DNA from: Eledone cirrhosa
Lineage: Eukaryota
Direction: 5' to 3'
Assembly: GCA_964016885.1 (NCBI GenBank)
Contig: OZ024743.1
Location: 347,448,001-347,512,000, forward strand
DNA: 64,000 nucleotides
Shown here piece after piece: positions 1-13,181 of this stretch (its first letter is position 1; each line of letters opens with the position of its first letter). The notes below the pieces were generated by a model. The model was given only the letters and a program-made list of their open reading frames with translations. It made no database searches and had not been told where the DNA came from. Both the position numbers and the translations under genes were made by a program.

Positions 1-760
1 TTCAACGACCATTCCACTTATTACAATGAAGCTTTGCTGGGAGTGGATTTGTCGATAAGGTAGCATATACAGAGTACGAAAATAGACCTGGAAGAAATAG
101 ATCCCGTCGCATTTGTTGGTATAACACACCATATAATATGGAGGTGGCCACACCATTAGCTAATAACTTTATTTCCCTTATTACGAAGCATTTTCCCCCA
201 ACACATAAATATAGTAAAATTTGTAATAGAAATACTATTAAGATTTCTTACTCTACGACTCCTAACCTTGCACATAACATCACAGCTTCAAGTTTAGCTA
301 AAATAACTAGCCGTAGGTACACGTGCAACCCTGTAGTTAATACTAACTGTAATTGTAGGAATCGGGTTGATTGCCCCCTATCCGGGAAATGCCTCTCTTG
401 TAACATTGTCTACATATGTAAGGTTGAAACACCCACGTCCCGTAGGGCCTACATAGGGTTAACCGCCAATAGATTCAAGCTCGGTACCCTCTAAGAAGGA
501 ATATGACGTCACTTTCAGCTTATATCTGGAGTCTAAAAGACAACCACACCCAATATAATTTACACTGGGAGATCCTAGCTAGGGCTAGATCGTATAACGG
601 AAATAAAAGACCATGTGACCTCTGCGCCGCTGAGGCCCTGGAAATACTCTACGCCACAGACCACATCTTAAACAAAAAATCTGAGGCAATTTCGGCTTGT
701 AAACATAAATTGCACATAACTTTCCTATATTACAGCCCCACGTTATACCCTAACGGATAG
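1..760 (+). pseudogene. Penelope-like element (Neptune-type) C-terminal linker/GIY-YIG endonuclease, frameshifted, 5' truncated by window
   Basis: ORFs 138-494 and 503-760 read KISYS..PN, CNCR...CPLSGKC, IVYICKV...YIGLT (GIY-YIG), LSAYIWSLK, WEILARA, CDLC..E, LNKKSE...CKH, the typical PLE EN motif order. Confidence 0.85.
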
Positions 761-1760
761 TACGATCTATACGTGGATATTTTACGTCTTGATGTGGTAG
801 CTAAATATATGTTTTGTTTATACCATTACTTATTTGCATAGGTAAGTATATATTACCTGTATGTTTTGTGAAGGTGCGTATACTTTCTCGTACGTATATT
901 TGATTGTATATGTTATGGCGTATAATTTTATATATTCTGGTACATATGGTTTGGTTATGTGTATACGGGAGTTTTGCGTCTGTGTGAGTATGCAGGTTCG
1001 TACGTATGTAGGGTGTGTGTATATGTGTATTTCATGTTTTGGTTGACTTACGTCTCCGAACATTTGTGTACTTACATGTATGTATGTGTGTGCGCTTGTT
1101 ATATACGTATTTATTTATATACGTTTATTTAATTATTTATTTATTTGTATACACTCACACACACACGCACATATTTATATGTGCATGGTTTTGTATACCT
1201 ATGGCAAGTGTTTTCGCGTATGCTTGTGTATGTACGATTTTGTATGCGTGTATGTATTTATTTAATTTCTATTATCTCTGTATTGTATTTATTTACTTTA
1301 TTCTTAACTCTGAAGAGGAGATTCATTCGGTCTCCTAGTTAGAATTTTAGTCTACGACTTCTGCTATACCGTTTACGTGGTATTGTCTTTGCGTTTAATT
1401 GTTCTCCACGATCCACATATGACGTATTATCTTCGTTTTTCCGTTCATTGCCAGAGAACGTCTCTATGAACCACCTAAGAGAACATTAGTCTACGACCTC
1501 TTTTATACCATAAACGTGGTTTTGTCTTTGCGCGTAATTGTTTTTCACCGCTCCTATTAATGACGTATTATTCCTTTTTCCCGTTCTTTGCCAGGGAACG
1601 TTTCCACGAACCAAAGTATCGACTTCCTGTCTTCCTCCGGTTGCAACGTTTTTTGAAATAGCCACCTCTGCGTTTACAGATTGACTTTGTTAGTTTCAGA
1701 AGATCCCGTTAAGGGTGAAAGCAGCGATTCTTTGCTTAGACTTTAATCTGTTATTTTAAT
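761..1760 (+). mobile_element. 3' UTR/pseudo-LTR of the PLE, with an internal ~140 bp tandem duplication
   Basis: Directly follows the EN stop; CTGAAGA plus hairpin GGAGA..TCTCC at 1310-1336; diverged duplicate 1348-1473 / 1487-1613; HHR-like motif 1692-1742; ends in (TA)n. Confidence 0.6.
1692..1742 (+). ncRNA. Hammerhead ribozyme, type I, core mutated (CAGAAGA)
   Basis: agttt-CAGAAGA-t ccc gttaa ggg t-GAAA-gca...tgc-TT-agact: stems I, II and III all pair, U4 changed to A. Confidence 0.65.
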
Positions 1761-1812
1761 AAATATATATGTATATATATATACATATATAATATATATA
1801 TATACATACATT

Positions 1813-1853
1813 ACAAGCTGAGGATCCGCTAAGGCGAAACAATTGTTCTCGGT
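1813..1853 (+). ncRNA. Minimal hammerhead ribozyme, intact core
   Basis: acaag-CTGAGGA-t cc gctaa gg c-GAAA-caattg-TT-ctcggt; palindromic stem III ACAATTGT; stem I weak. Confidence 0.65.
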
Positions 1854-1865
1854 ATGGTGAACTAA

Positions 1866-2130
<265 letters not shown>

Positions 2131-2239
2131 TATGGGCGCATATTCATTGTTACATCCATGCTTACATACAAACATACATATATGCATACATAATACCACA
2201 CATGCATGGGTACACTCATACATATTTATACAATTGTTT

Positions 2240-2795
2240 ATTATTAGATGACAACTGGAACAGAATTATCGTAGTTATTTATCACTAAGACGAACACCAG
2301 CACCAGCATCCTGAACAGCGACAATATCCAAAGCCACAACATCTCCAGCAACATTAACAAGGACAGAAACAGCAATGTCAAAAACAAGCACATATGACAC
2401 CAACAACATCAACGACATGAAAAACTTCACCGATACCAACAGCATTACATCAGCATACATATTAAAATAAACAAAATAAAAACAACAACAATGTATCTCA
2501 CTCTTTCTCTCTCCTTCATGATGTTTCTTACCTCCTTACTCACCTTGTTACTCTCCATATCTATGTTTAGCTACCTCTATATTTTCGTCACACTATCACA
2601 GTTTTCTTTTTTATCGTCGACTCCAACACCCAATCCTTCCCGCGCTACACACTACAAATCTGTTGGTCTCAGGGAGTCATGAGGCCTGACGTGAAGAACA
2701 ATACAATCTAGAGTCGAGTGACAATAAACTGTCTGAACTACGTGAGAATCTAGTGACAAAAGTGACAGCTATAATACCCCTATCGGGCCCTTATA
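2240..2795 (+). mobile_element. Possible decayed PLE 3' end
   Basis: IQSHN...NINKD-like end of EN, then C/T-rich UTR and AATAAA; heavily degenerate. Confidence 0.3.
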
Positions 2796-3038
2796 ATGCT
2801 CGTCACAGCATTTGTCACATTTATCAGGGAGAGAGGGATAAAAGAAAAGGAGAGCACACACACACTCACACAGGCAAACAATCACGCACACACACTTTCA
2901 AACACACATAAAAACAACATGTACTCCCAGTCCCAACTCACTTCTCCTAATCCCTTTATTTATTCAGAAGGTAAAGACGGGGTTGCCTTCTCTAAGCTGT
3001 CATATCAAAAAATCAGTGAGAGTGTGATTTCTTAAATC

Positions 3039-3095
<57 letters not shown>

Positions 3096-4366
3096 ATATG
3101 TTAGTATATATTAGTATATATATATATATATATATGTGTATTTATATATATATATTTAAAGTATACATATATATATACTAACATATACTAATATATATAC
3201 ATACATATAAATACCCACATGCATATATATATATGTATATATATATGAGCGTGAATGTGTATGAACTTGTGTCAAAGTTGGTGTGAGTGTGCGTGAGTTT
3301 GAGGTTTGTTTACTCCCATTATAAAAATGTTTTGCGCAGCTTCATCTTCCCATTTTGTTCTGTTTGGGTTAACCTCCCTTTGTCTTGTACCTCATCACAC
3401 AGGCACACACTCACACTCACACTCACACACACACTCATACATGCACAAACACAAATATACATAGCCAAGACATCTTCAACACGATGAAATCAACAACAAA
3501 AGCGATAAAATATACTTCATTGAAGAAACAAATATTTTAATGACGCTACATGTAATTCAAAGCGTTGTGGGAATTGTAAGAAATAACTGTAAAAACTGTC
3601 GGTTGTTATACACAATAGCATTGGAAATTGAGTGGAAATCCGCTATTGACGCTGATCAATTTTTTTCGTCTATGGTGGTATTTTACCCGATTTTCTATAG
3701 AAGCCTACTGTATTTATAGTCATTTCTGCGTCTGAGTTTCTTATATCTAAGATCTACGAATATATTTATGTATTCTTTTGTTCATTTACTAGTTTCATTC
3801 ATCGTAGAGCGGTTAGTTTGGACATCACCTTCATGGGTTTGGTTGATTATTTTGATCCCCATATTTATTTCCCTCGTATTTATCTTCATATGTATTTTCT
3901 CGATATGTGTATGAAGAACCGCTTGGCTACGGAAAATGAAGCATACAGCATGAACAAAACAAGTTTGTAACATAAAACACACACACACGCATACACATAC
4001 ACACACACATAACAAACAAACACACACACACACACAGAAACGCACACACATATATATATTCATACACCTATGCATATATGTTACGCTTTGCTTTTCTTGT
4101 ATGTCCTCCTCTCTCTCTGTCTCTCCTCCTTCCTCTCTCTCGCCCCTTCTCTTTCGCTATATATAAAGAAAGGACAGACGCCGATCGTCATATATACTAA
4201 TACAAACACGTATACATTCATATACATGTGTGAGTATATATATATATATATGTGAGTGTGTTTCTGTGTGTGTGTATGTATGCATGTGTACATACGTGCA
4301 TGTATGCATACACACTCACACACATATATATATACATGCATACACACACACATATATATATACATA

Positions 4367-4491
<125 letters not shown>

Positions 4492-4804
4492 CTGTTTATG
4501 TGTGTGTATATATATAATTGTAAACAATTGTACATACATGAATAAATAAAATAGATAAAATATATGTTGAAAAAATAAAGACGAACAAAAAAACAAGCAT
4601 GTAAAGAAATGATTTATTACTCATTTTTCATTGTTCCCACTTCCACAATTCCCCCTAACACCCCTTCCACAAGCTCCACCTCACTAAGGAGGGACATTTA
4701 TCATTTTTTGGCTGTGGTAAGTTCTCTTTCTGTTGACGGATTGCTATTACCTGTGGAAAGAAAATATTTATATTATATTTTTTTTTACGTATTATGAGGA
4801 TTGT

Positions 4805-5160
4805 CGTTGGGCTGGCTGAAATGTTAGAGCGCTGGACAAATGTTTTGTGATATTAGTTCAGGCTGTTTCAAATCACGCCGAGATCCACACTGGCTTTCAC
4901 TCTTCCGAGATCAATATATATGAAATAATAGCCAAGAACTGGTGTCGATATACTCTTCTGCCTATAATTTACAAATATTTTGTTTAAATAAGAAACAAAT
5001 TTCATGAAGAAAATCAATTTCTATCGGTAGAGGGTCGGACGCTATGCTTTCCAGCATAGTTACGTCCCTTTACGATCCGAGTTCAAATCCCGCCGAGGTT
5101 GATTGTGCCTTTCATCCTTACGAGGTCGATAAAATAAAGTACCAGTAATGCACTGAGTAT
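4805..5160 (+). mobile_element. tRNA-derived SINE, two copies (first decayed, second 5' truncated)
   Basis: B-box GTTCAAATCC at ~5081 and core cctttcatccttacgaggtcgataaaataaagtaccag. Confidence 0.8.
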
Positions 5161-5489
5161 GCGATTGTAGATTGGAGGACACAGGATGCACTTGCCTTAG
5201 CGGTCACAGAGACAGTGAGTTTTTGTGGGCTTTCACCAGGAATTACCCTCGGATGTTTACCCCAATTCGTGATTTTGTTTTTGTTAGAATTTTTCAGTTT
5301 TTATTGTATTCGTTTCAAATTTTTTTACACGAAAAGCCCCACACCGTGTCGTCATAAGTGGTCCTTAATTGAGACATGTTTGCTTACTAAAGAAATAATT
5401 GTTATCCTTACCGTCATCACTATCAACATCATCATCATCATCAACATATATAAATAAATAAATAAGTATATATATAAATAAGTCTATAT

Positions 5490-5684
5490 ATAATTCTTTC
5501 TACTGTTGGCACAAGTCAAGCAATTATCCTAGTACATTACTGGTACTTTATTTTATCGACCCCGTAAGAATGAAAGGCAAAGTTAATCTCGGTTAGATTT
5601 GATCTCAAATTGTAAAGGGCCGTTACTCTATGCTGCAAAGCATGGCGTCCGACCCTCTACCGATTCTGCCAATCCACCGCCCTT
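5490..5684 (-). mobile_element. tRNA-derived SINE, full length
   Basis: Reverse complement of the 11489-11685 consensus; A-box TGGCAGAATCGG, B-box-like, core and tail. Confidence 0.9.
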
Positions 5685-5694
5685 ATATATATAT

Positions 5695-5759
5695 GTATAA
5701 TACAAGGACAATTGGTTAAGCCTTCATTACGTTTATTGATTGGTGACGTGCGTTACGTT

Positions 5760-5808
<49 letters not shown>

Positions 5809-5809
5809 T

Positions 5810-5872
<63 letters not shown>

Positions 5873-6487
5873 AGGTTGCAACGTAATCGGTATGCCGGTT
5901 GAGCACTCGAGAGTATAGTACTATAAAGAACGAGGATTCAGTGTTGCATCATATCATATTTGTTAACATATTTACGTATGTTTCTCTACGGATCAGCTGG
6001 AGGCAAGTTCTATTACAGATCGAACATGACTCTGTAATCGAAAGTTTTTCAGATATGTTGGCATATGAGATCTGAAGTGTTTGAACAAACAAAATCGGAG
6101 ACGATCTCATATCTGAAGAACTTTCGTATAGAAAGTCAGGTTCGATCAGTAATAGATCTTGCCTGGAGCTGATCGATAGAGAAACATATGTAATTTATTG
6201 ATAAATATGACATGATGCAACACTGAATCCTGGTTCTTTATAATAATTATATAGGGAGTGTAACTTGCAGTTACTGTAGGTTCACCCGGGTGAGCACTCG
6301 ATGTTTAGGTTCACTTCTGTGTCGAGGTGTAGATCTATACACAGTGTATTATATTGAAAATATAACAAGGACGAGAGTCGGGTAAAATCGATACAGATCG
6401 AACCTTGAGCTGATCAGTGGCGAAACGCGCGTCACCAACCAATAAATGTAATGAAGGAGTAACCAATCGTCCTTGTTATCTTTTCAA
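5695..6487. mobile_element. Nested fold-back: outer inverted arms 5700-5757 / 6421-6480 (HHR 3' half GAAA-CGCGCG-TC, AATAAA) and inner ~320 bp hairpin 5922-6243
   Basis: acaaggacaattggtta..gtgacgtgcgttacg is the imperfect reverse complement of cgaaacgcgcgtcacc..taaccaatcgtccttgt; aagaacgaggattcagtgttgcatca pairs with tgatgcaacactgaatcctggttctt. Confidence 0.8.
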
Positions 6488-6605
6488 TATATATATATAT
6501 ATATACTGTATATATATGTAAAAGGTAAAGAGAAATAACAACACAATCGGTACAGTATATGGAAGGTATATATTAGGTTAAGGCTAGATGTAGCAGGAAG
6601 AGCGT

Positions 6606-6640
6606 ATTAACTGTTCGGATGCAAGTCCTTCATCAGAAGA
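6606..6640 (-). ncRNA. Degenerate hammerhead (CTGATGA a gga cttgca tcc GAAc)
   Basis: Minus strand ttct-CTGATGA-aggacttgcatcc-GAAC; one core A missing. Confidence 0.45.
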
Positions 6641-6720
6641 AAGAATGAGAAATAAAATAGATTGTGGGGACGGGCGGGATGGAATTGAGAAAAATGTCTT
6701 TAGATAAAAATAACAGGTCC

Positions 6721-6781
<61 letters not shown>

Positions 6782-7354
6782 ATATGTATGTGTGTGTATG
6801 TGTGTGTGTATGTGCTTGTGTGCGCACGTGGGGGCGTGTATCGGTAACACAATTGTTATACTATTTCATTTGTGTATAGTGTTGTTTTCTATAAAAGACA
6901 ATGAACTATATTATAATGTTCTCTTTACAATATTTTCTTTGAAGCGTCTCTGTTTTCTGCAACCCATGTTACAAAATAAAATGAACTAATAAATACTTAA
7001 AACCTAAAATAGAAAAAAAAAGAAATAGTCATCCTTATAATTACTGTAGCTGTATTTTTTTAAATTTTTAATATTACTATCTTAATTGTTGCTGTTGCTT
7101 TAGTACTTCTTTTCTCTGGTGACATCTTTCACCATAATTCCTGTAAATCATTCACAAAATTCCATCATGTAGAAAATCTAACATAATTACAAATCTATTG
7201 GATCCATTTCTTTACGAAGATCTTTCTTTTAATCTATTCATTTTCGGTCTTTGTTTCATTTATGTGTGCACGAGAGTGCCAGTGTACATGTATGTGTGTG
7301 GTGTGAGTATGTGTTTGCATGTGTGTATGTGGGTGCATGTATGTTTATGTATGT

Positions 7355-7355
7355 A

Positions 7356-7426
<71 letters not shown>
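7355..7426. repeat. (GT)n microsatellite
   Basis: Direct sequence. Confidence 0.97.
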
Positions 7427-7428
<2 letters not shown>

Positions 7429-9369
7429 GCGCACGCACTCAGGATTCCAGGAAACATTTACCAAGTAGAAAGATAGTACATTCGCAATAAAGCTTCACTC
7501 AATATTCAATAATGTTGAAAGGTTTCCTATGTGGGTGGGGGACCATATGTTTTCGAACGCTTCCTTGGCTATCCGTTCTATAGACCGATTTACCAACTGG
7601 ACACCCATCATGCAAAGGGCCTGTGTGCTCACTCACATGTAAGTTTCAGTATATCTTTGTATGTGTATGTGTTTTTGCATATATATCTTGTGTCACACAA
7701 GGGTAACATTGTGTGCAATAATTTTCTGTGTATGGCTGATGTATATATTCTGTTCCTATTCCTGTTTGTTTGTGTACATATACTCTTAAAATATTTTACT
7801 CAGAGGATGAAGGCCGGCAACTTTCATAACGTCACTTACCATCAACTCTTCAAAGAGTTGTGGCATGACTGCAGAAAGTCATTCTTTGTTCGATGGCTCA
7901 ACCCAATTGCTAGACGTAGTTGATTCTCTTAAAGGCCATCAAAGCCAAATTGTTGTGTTAACACTGGTGACGGATATGTCGGAGCATTTAAGTACATATA
8001 TTTTTCATTTGTGCACTTGTTTGCATGCATATGTTTATATGTACCTATGTGGATGTCTCTGGATGTGTGCACCTATGTATGAATATTTGTGTGTTTATCT
8101 GTGTATTTCGTGTGGTTGTGATTGCCTGCGTGTATGTGTGTGACACACGACGTATGTCAAAATGCTTGTGATTGCTCCTATCAAAAACCAATCGGCTTTA
8201 ATATCTATCTAAAACACCACACCCACTAAGGCACTGCGAAATACCAACCAAAGAGACATCCCACCTCATACAATAGAAACGCAAATCTCAATCATATGGT
8301 CCTATTTCTTACATTGCTACTCGTTCCATTACTGTTGCTCATTTTGTTGCTGCTGCTGCCTTTGCTACTACTAATATAGTTGCATTGCTGTTGCTATCAT
8401 TTATTTCTGTATTTCATATTGTTGTCATCATTGTTTAATTGTAACCTTTATAACATTTCTTCTATACCGTCTGATTGCTATTTACAGGATTGAGAGTAGA
8501 TGAGTACTGTCGTCATCATCATCATCTTGATCTTCGTCATTGTCGACATCATCACCATCATCATTATCATATTTGAACAATCCAATGCAACATATTAAAT
8601 TATCAATAGCGCTTCCGTTTATATGAAGAAATTTGTTTTTTTTAGTTACATCAGTTTTCCTTTGTTGTAGTGTTTGTTTGCGTCCAAGGTTACCAAATTG
8701 CGAATGGGCAATAACAAATTAAACTTATTCGCATAGGAACATGAATCTTCGATGTATTCCCTACATTTTTGTCTATCACGTCATTTACATATTTGTTTCA
8801 TTTCTGAATGTTATAGAACATAAAAACAAACTAGAAACTATCTCCTCTATAAGACTTTAAAGCATCTACATGGAGATTAGCAACACATAAAAATGAATGA
8901 GAAAAAAAAAAAATTTAAATACCCGATATGAAGAAGCAAAATAACTGAAAGTAAGAACACTAAATTATATACTGATCTTATAATCAACGAATTAGACTAG
9001 TATTCCCTTTAAGAATGAACACTCAGACATGAAAGGGAATAGAGAAATTTCTACTGCAGGACAGTGAAGTTAATATTAAAAACTGTACATTATGCTCGAA
9101 ACAAGACAATAGTTATAAATACACCGACAATTCCAAAGATAAATTTCAATTATAAAGTAATAAACAGGATGTTAAGTGAATTGACTGGCTTTGACTGAAA
9201 GCATAGGAACTCTCTAACAGTGTTCCATACACACCATCAACATGTGATAAATATAGAACATACCTTTTTTCACAGAGACGACAGATAGAATTACTAAAAT
9301 AACAGCAGGGATGAGAAAAATACTTAGAAGAAAGTAACCAGAAAATTATTAGAGTAATAAAGAAACATA

Positions 9370-9743
9370 ATAATTGTTTCTATTTTAGGCACAAGGCTAG
9401 CAATTACACAGTACATTACTGGTACTTTATTTTATCGACCCTGTAAGGATGAAAGGCAAAGTTAACCTCGGCGGGATTTGAACTCAGATCATAAAGGGAC
9501 GTAAAACGTAATAATTGTTTCTACGTTTGGCACAAGGCCAGCAATTACAATAATTGTTTCTACTTTTGGCACAAGGCCAGCAATTATCCCAGTGCATTAC
9601 TGGTACTTTATTTTATCGACCCCGTAAGGATGAAAGGCAAAGTTAACCTAGGCGGGATTTGAACTCAGAATGGCAAGGGCCGAAATTCTATGCATCAAAG
9701 CATGGCGTCCAACCCTCTACCGATACTGCTAATTCACCGCCCT
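9370..9743 (-). mobile_element. SINE cluster: full copy 9550-9743 plus truncated copies 9370-9505 and 9510-9550
   Basis: Repeated taattgtttctac..ggcacaaggccagcaatta tails and SINE core. Confidence 0.9.
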
Positions 9744-10480
9744 CAATTACAATAATGATCTATAAAACTAATTATTCTGAAAGATAAAAAACAAACAAAA
9801 AGCAAAAGTCAAAATCACAACGTTATTAAAAAAAAAATACGAAAGAAAAATGTAGAAATATAACATTCCACAACCAGCATCCATTCACAAATATCTACAA
9901 AGATGGAAAAAATATGAAGATACTAATATTAAATACAGATAGTGCAGCTGGTATAATGAAACATCATCTCCGACTGCCTAGTTTAGGTAGGTCAAAGTAA
10001 ACACACAGGCACTATGAAGATAGCAGATATGTCTTACTGAAGAATATGCCAACGTGGAATGTTAAGAAGCGGTACAAACATGTACCAAACATGATAGACA
10101 ACAAAAGCTTGGCCATAGTCACACGAAATATGTCTGTCCAGAGTAAAAATATACAGTTATAATAAACAAGGACTGGACAGAAAATATCTGTACTTGGATG
10201 TATATCACGATCCGAAAATAAGGAAATAAGTAGGATGTATGATATGAAATTAAAAACAGTACTAATATGGCACAATATATTTAAGACCATTCATACTATA
10301 AAAAACACATAAAAATGTGCGTTGACAAATATTTCTTATATAATTGGAATCATAGCATTATTCAATGAAAAGAACCGTATTTTACGTTATTTTAATTGTA
10401 TACTCAGAATGTGCAGGAAACGAGGGCACCCCGAATTTTCATAAGCCAAAAATCAGATGGGATGAGACGGATATTTGATT

Positions 10481-11001
10481 AATTTTTGGCATAACAACTA
10501 CAGTCATATTTCGGTTTTACTGGACCGCCTCAGTGAAGCATAGTCAACATAAATTTTGTCAAGTTCTCAGAACGAGTATTAGAAACAATTTTGTTTGTGT
10601 ATGAACATTTTTTACTAATTATGTAAATTAAAATAATGACACTGGTTTCTACTTTAGGCACAAGGCCAGCAATTACCCAGTACATTACTGGTACTTTATT
10701 TTATCGACCCCGTAAGGATGAAAGGCAAAGTTAACCTTGGCGGGATTTGAACTCAGACTGTAAAGAGACGTAACTATGCTAGAAAGCATGGCGTCTGACC
10801 CTCTACCGATACTGCCAATTCACCAGGCACAAGACCAAATTTTTGGCATAACAACTACAGTCATATTTCGGTTTTACTGGACCGCTCAGTGAAGCCTAGT
10901 CAACATAAATTTTGCCAAGTTCTCAGAACGAGTATTAGAAACAATTTTGTTTGTGTATGAAGAATTTTTACTAATTATGTAAATTAAAATAATGACACTG
11001 G
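10481..11001. repeat. ~165 bp direct repeat (10481-10645 / 10838-11001) flanking a SINE
   Basis: aatttttggcataacaactacagtc...aaaataatgacactgg occurs twice with a few mismatches. Confidence 0.92.
10645..10824 (-). mobile_element. tRNA-derived SINE
   Basis: Full match to SINE consensus, reverse strand. Confidence 0.9.
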
Positions 11002-11464
11002 AAGGTTTCCTAAAGGCTGTTATCTGCAAGAAGACAATATATTGAAATGTAGACAAGTATGCTTATAGTGGTAAGCTGAAAATATCATTCAGATAATTGA
11101 AATTAAACCCTGTTCAGGAGAAACGATTAGCGTTTGTAAAAAGGATCAAGGGATAGAATTCTTATTTTTTTTCAATTAGTCGAAACTGAAATATCTTAAC
11201 TCCAGAAATGTTTCTTGTTTATTAGACCTCTTCGGTGAAGTGTTGTCAAATAAATGAAAGAGGAAAAGTATGCTTTCCTATCACACTGTTCTTTTAAGGA
11301 AAATAGACACCGCGAATTAAAAGGCCACAAATATTTCCTTCCTAACAAATAAAAAAAAAAAATTAAGATACTTACCTCACCAACAGAGAGAATTACATCT
11401 CTCAAAATATTTTTGTTCATCGTATTTTACGCCTTTACTCCTCAATTATTCTTCTTTGATTCTA

Positions 11465-12770
11465 CCATTATTATTATTATTATTATCTAGGGCGGTGGAT
11501 TGGCAGTATCGGTAGAGGGTCGGACGCCATGCTTTCCAGCATAGTTACGTCCCTTTACGATCTGAGTTCAAATCCCGCCGAGGTTGACTTTGCCTTTCAT
11601 CCTTACGGGGTCGATAAAATAAAGTACCAGTAATGCACTGGATAATTGCTGGCCTTGTGCCTAAAGTAGAAACAATTATTATTATTATCTTTGGTTAACT
11701 TTGCCTTTCATCCTTATGGGGTTCATAAAATAAAGTACCAGTAATACACTGGTAATTGCTGGACTTGTGCCAAAAGTAGAAACAATTATTATTATTATTA
11801 TTAGTGGGGTCGAAAGGGCTGTGGATTGGCAGTATCGGTAGAGCGTCGGACACCATGCTTTGCAGCATAGATTTACGGTCCATTACTGTCTTAGTTCAAA
11901 CCCCACCGGGGTTAACTCTGCCTTTCATCCTGACGGGGTCGATAAAATAAAGCACCAGTAATGTACTGAGGTTCATTTAATCGACTTTCCCTCCTCCCAA
12001 ATTACTGGCCTTGTGTCTATTATAGAAATCATTATTATTGGGGTCGATTAAGGGCGGTGGATTGACAGTATCGGTAGAGGGTCGGACGCCATGCTTTGAC
12101 GCATAGTGTTACGGTCCTTGCCATTCTGAGTTCAAATCCCGCCGAGGTCAACTTTGCCTTTCATCCTTACGGGGTCGATAAAATAAAGTACCAGTAATTT
12201 AAAGGGTAATCGCTGGCCTTGGGCCAAAAGTAGAAACACTTATTATTGGGGTCGATAAAATAAAGCCCCATTAATGCACTGGATAATTGCTGACCTTGTG
12301 CCAAAGTTAGACACATTATTAATATCATAAATAATTGTTTCTATTTTTGGCACATGGCCAGCAATTACGCGGTACATTACTGGTACTTTATTTTATCGAC
12401 CCCGTAAGGATGAAAGGCAAAGTTAGCCTCGGCGTGATTTGAACTCAGATCATAAAGAGACGTAACTCTATGCTTCAAAGCATGGTGTCTGACTCTCTAC
12501 CGATACTACCAATCCACCGCCCTATTAATATCATAATTAATGTTATTAATGCAGGGCCGTGGATTAGCAGTGTTGGTAGAGGGTCGGGCGCCATTCATTG
12601 TAGTATAGAGTTACGCCACTTTGCGGTCTGAGTTCAAATCCCCATGGTTAACTTTGCCTTTCATCCTTACGAAGTCGATAAAATAAAGGACCAGTAAAGT
12701 ACGGGGATAATTGCTTGCCTTGTGCTAAAAATAGAAACATTATTATTATTATTATTATTATTATTTTATA
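11465..12770. mobile_element. SINE array: + copies at ~11489, 11693 (partial), 11815, 12052, 12247 (partial), 12554; - copy 12330-12523
   Basis: Consensus gggcggtggattggcagtatcggtagagggtcggacg..gagttcaaatcccgccgagg..gtaccag..ggccttgtgcctaaagtagaaac(ATT)n; A-box TGGCAGTATCGG, B-box GTTCAAATCC. Confidence 0.92.
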
Positions 12771-13043
12771 GCTGTTGTTGTTTTTATCATAAATAGAATA
12801 TATAGAATTTACTATCAAAAGATTTCCATTCTCATCGTTCTTGCGGCAAATGCGCAAATCATTACGACAATAATAATAATTATTATTCTCTTATTCATAC
12901 ATTCATTCATTAAATGTGTTGTATATTTTTTATCGTCGTATCATTATTTTTCCCGTTCTCCCGTGGTTGCAATTTTTTGCGGTAAAAAACAAAATGAAGA
13001 CTAAATAAATATTACATGAAAATGTTAAACATGTTTGTACGAT

Positions 13044-13115
13044 TCTTCTTCTTCTTCTTCTTCTTCTTCTTCTTCTTCTTCTTCTTCTTCTTCTTCTTCT
13101 TCTTCTTCTTCATCT

Positions 13116-13168
<53 letters not shown>

Positions 13169-13181
13169 TTCTTCTTCTTCT
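13044..13181. repeat. (TTC)n/(TTTC)n microsatellite
   Basis: Direct sequence. Confidence 0.97.

Noticed and set aside
8900-10330. Possible ancient PLE/LINE RT remnant (FTNI, GTNM, ISVL-like patches)
   Set aside because: Too decayed to support by eye
7832-11420. Strong minus-strand GTAAGT donors at ~7835 and ~11372
   Set aside because: No recognisable coding exon attached; such motifs are expected by chance
11465-12770. CRISPR-like or tRNA gene array
   Set aside because: Repeats are ~190 bp SINE bodies with A/B boxes spaced too widely for a cloverleaf; no unique spacers or cas genes; eukaryotic context
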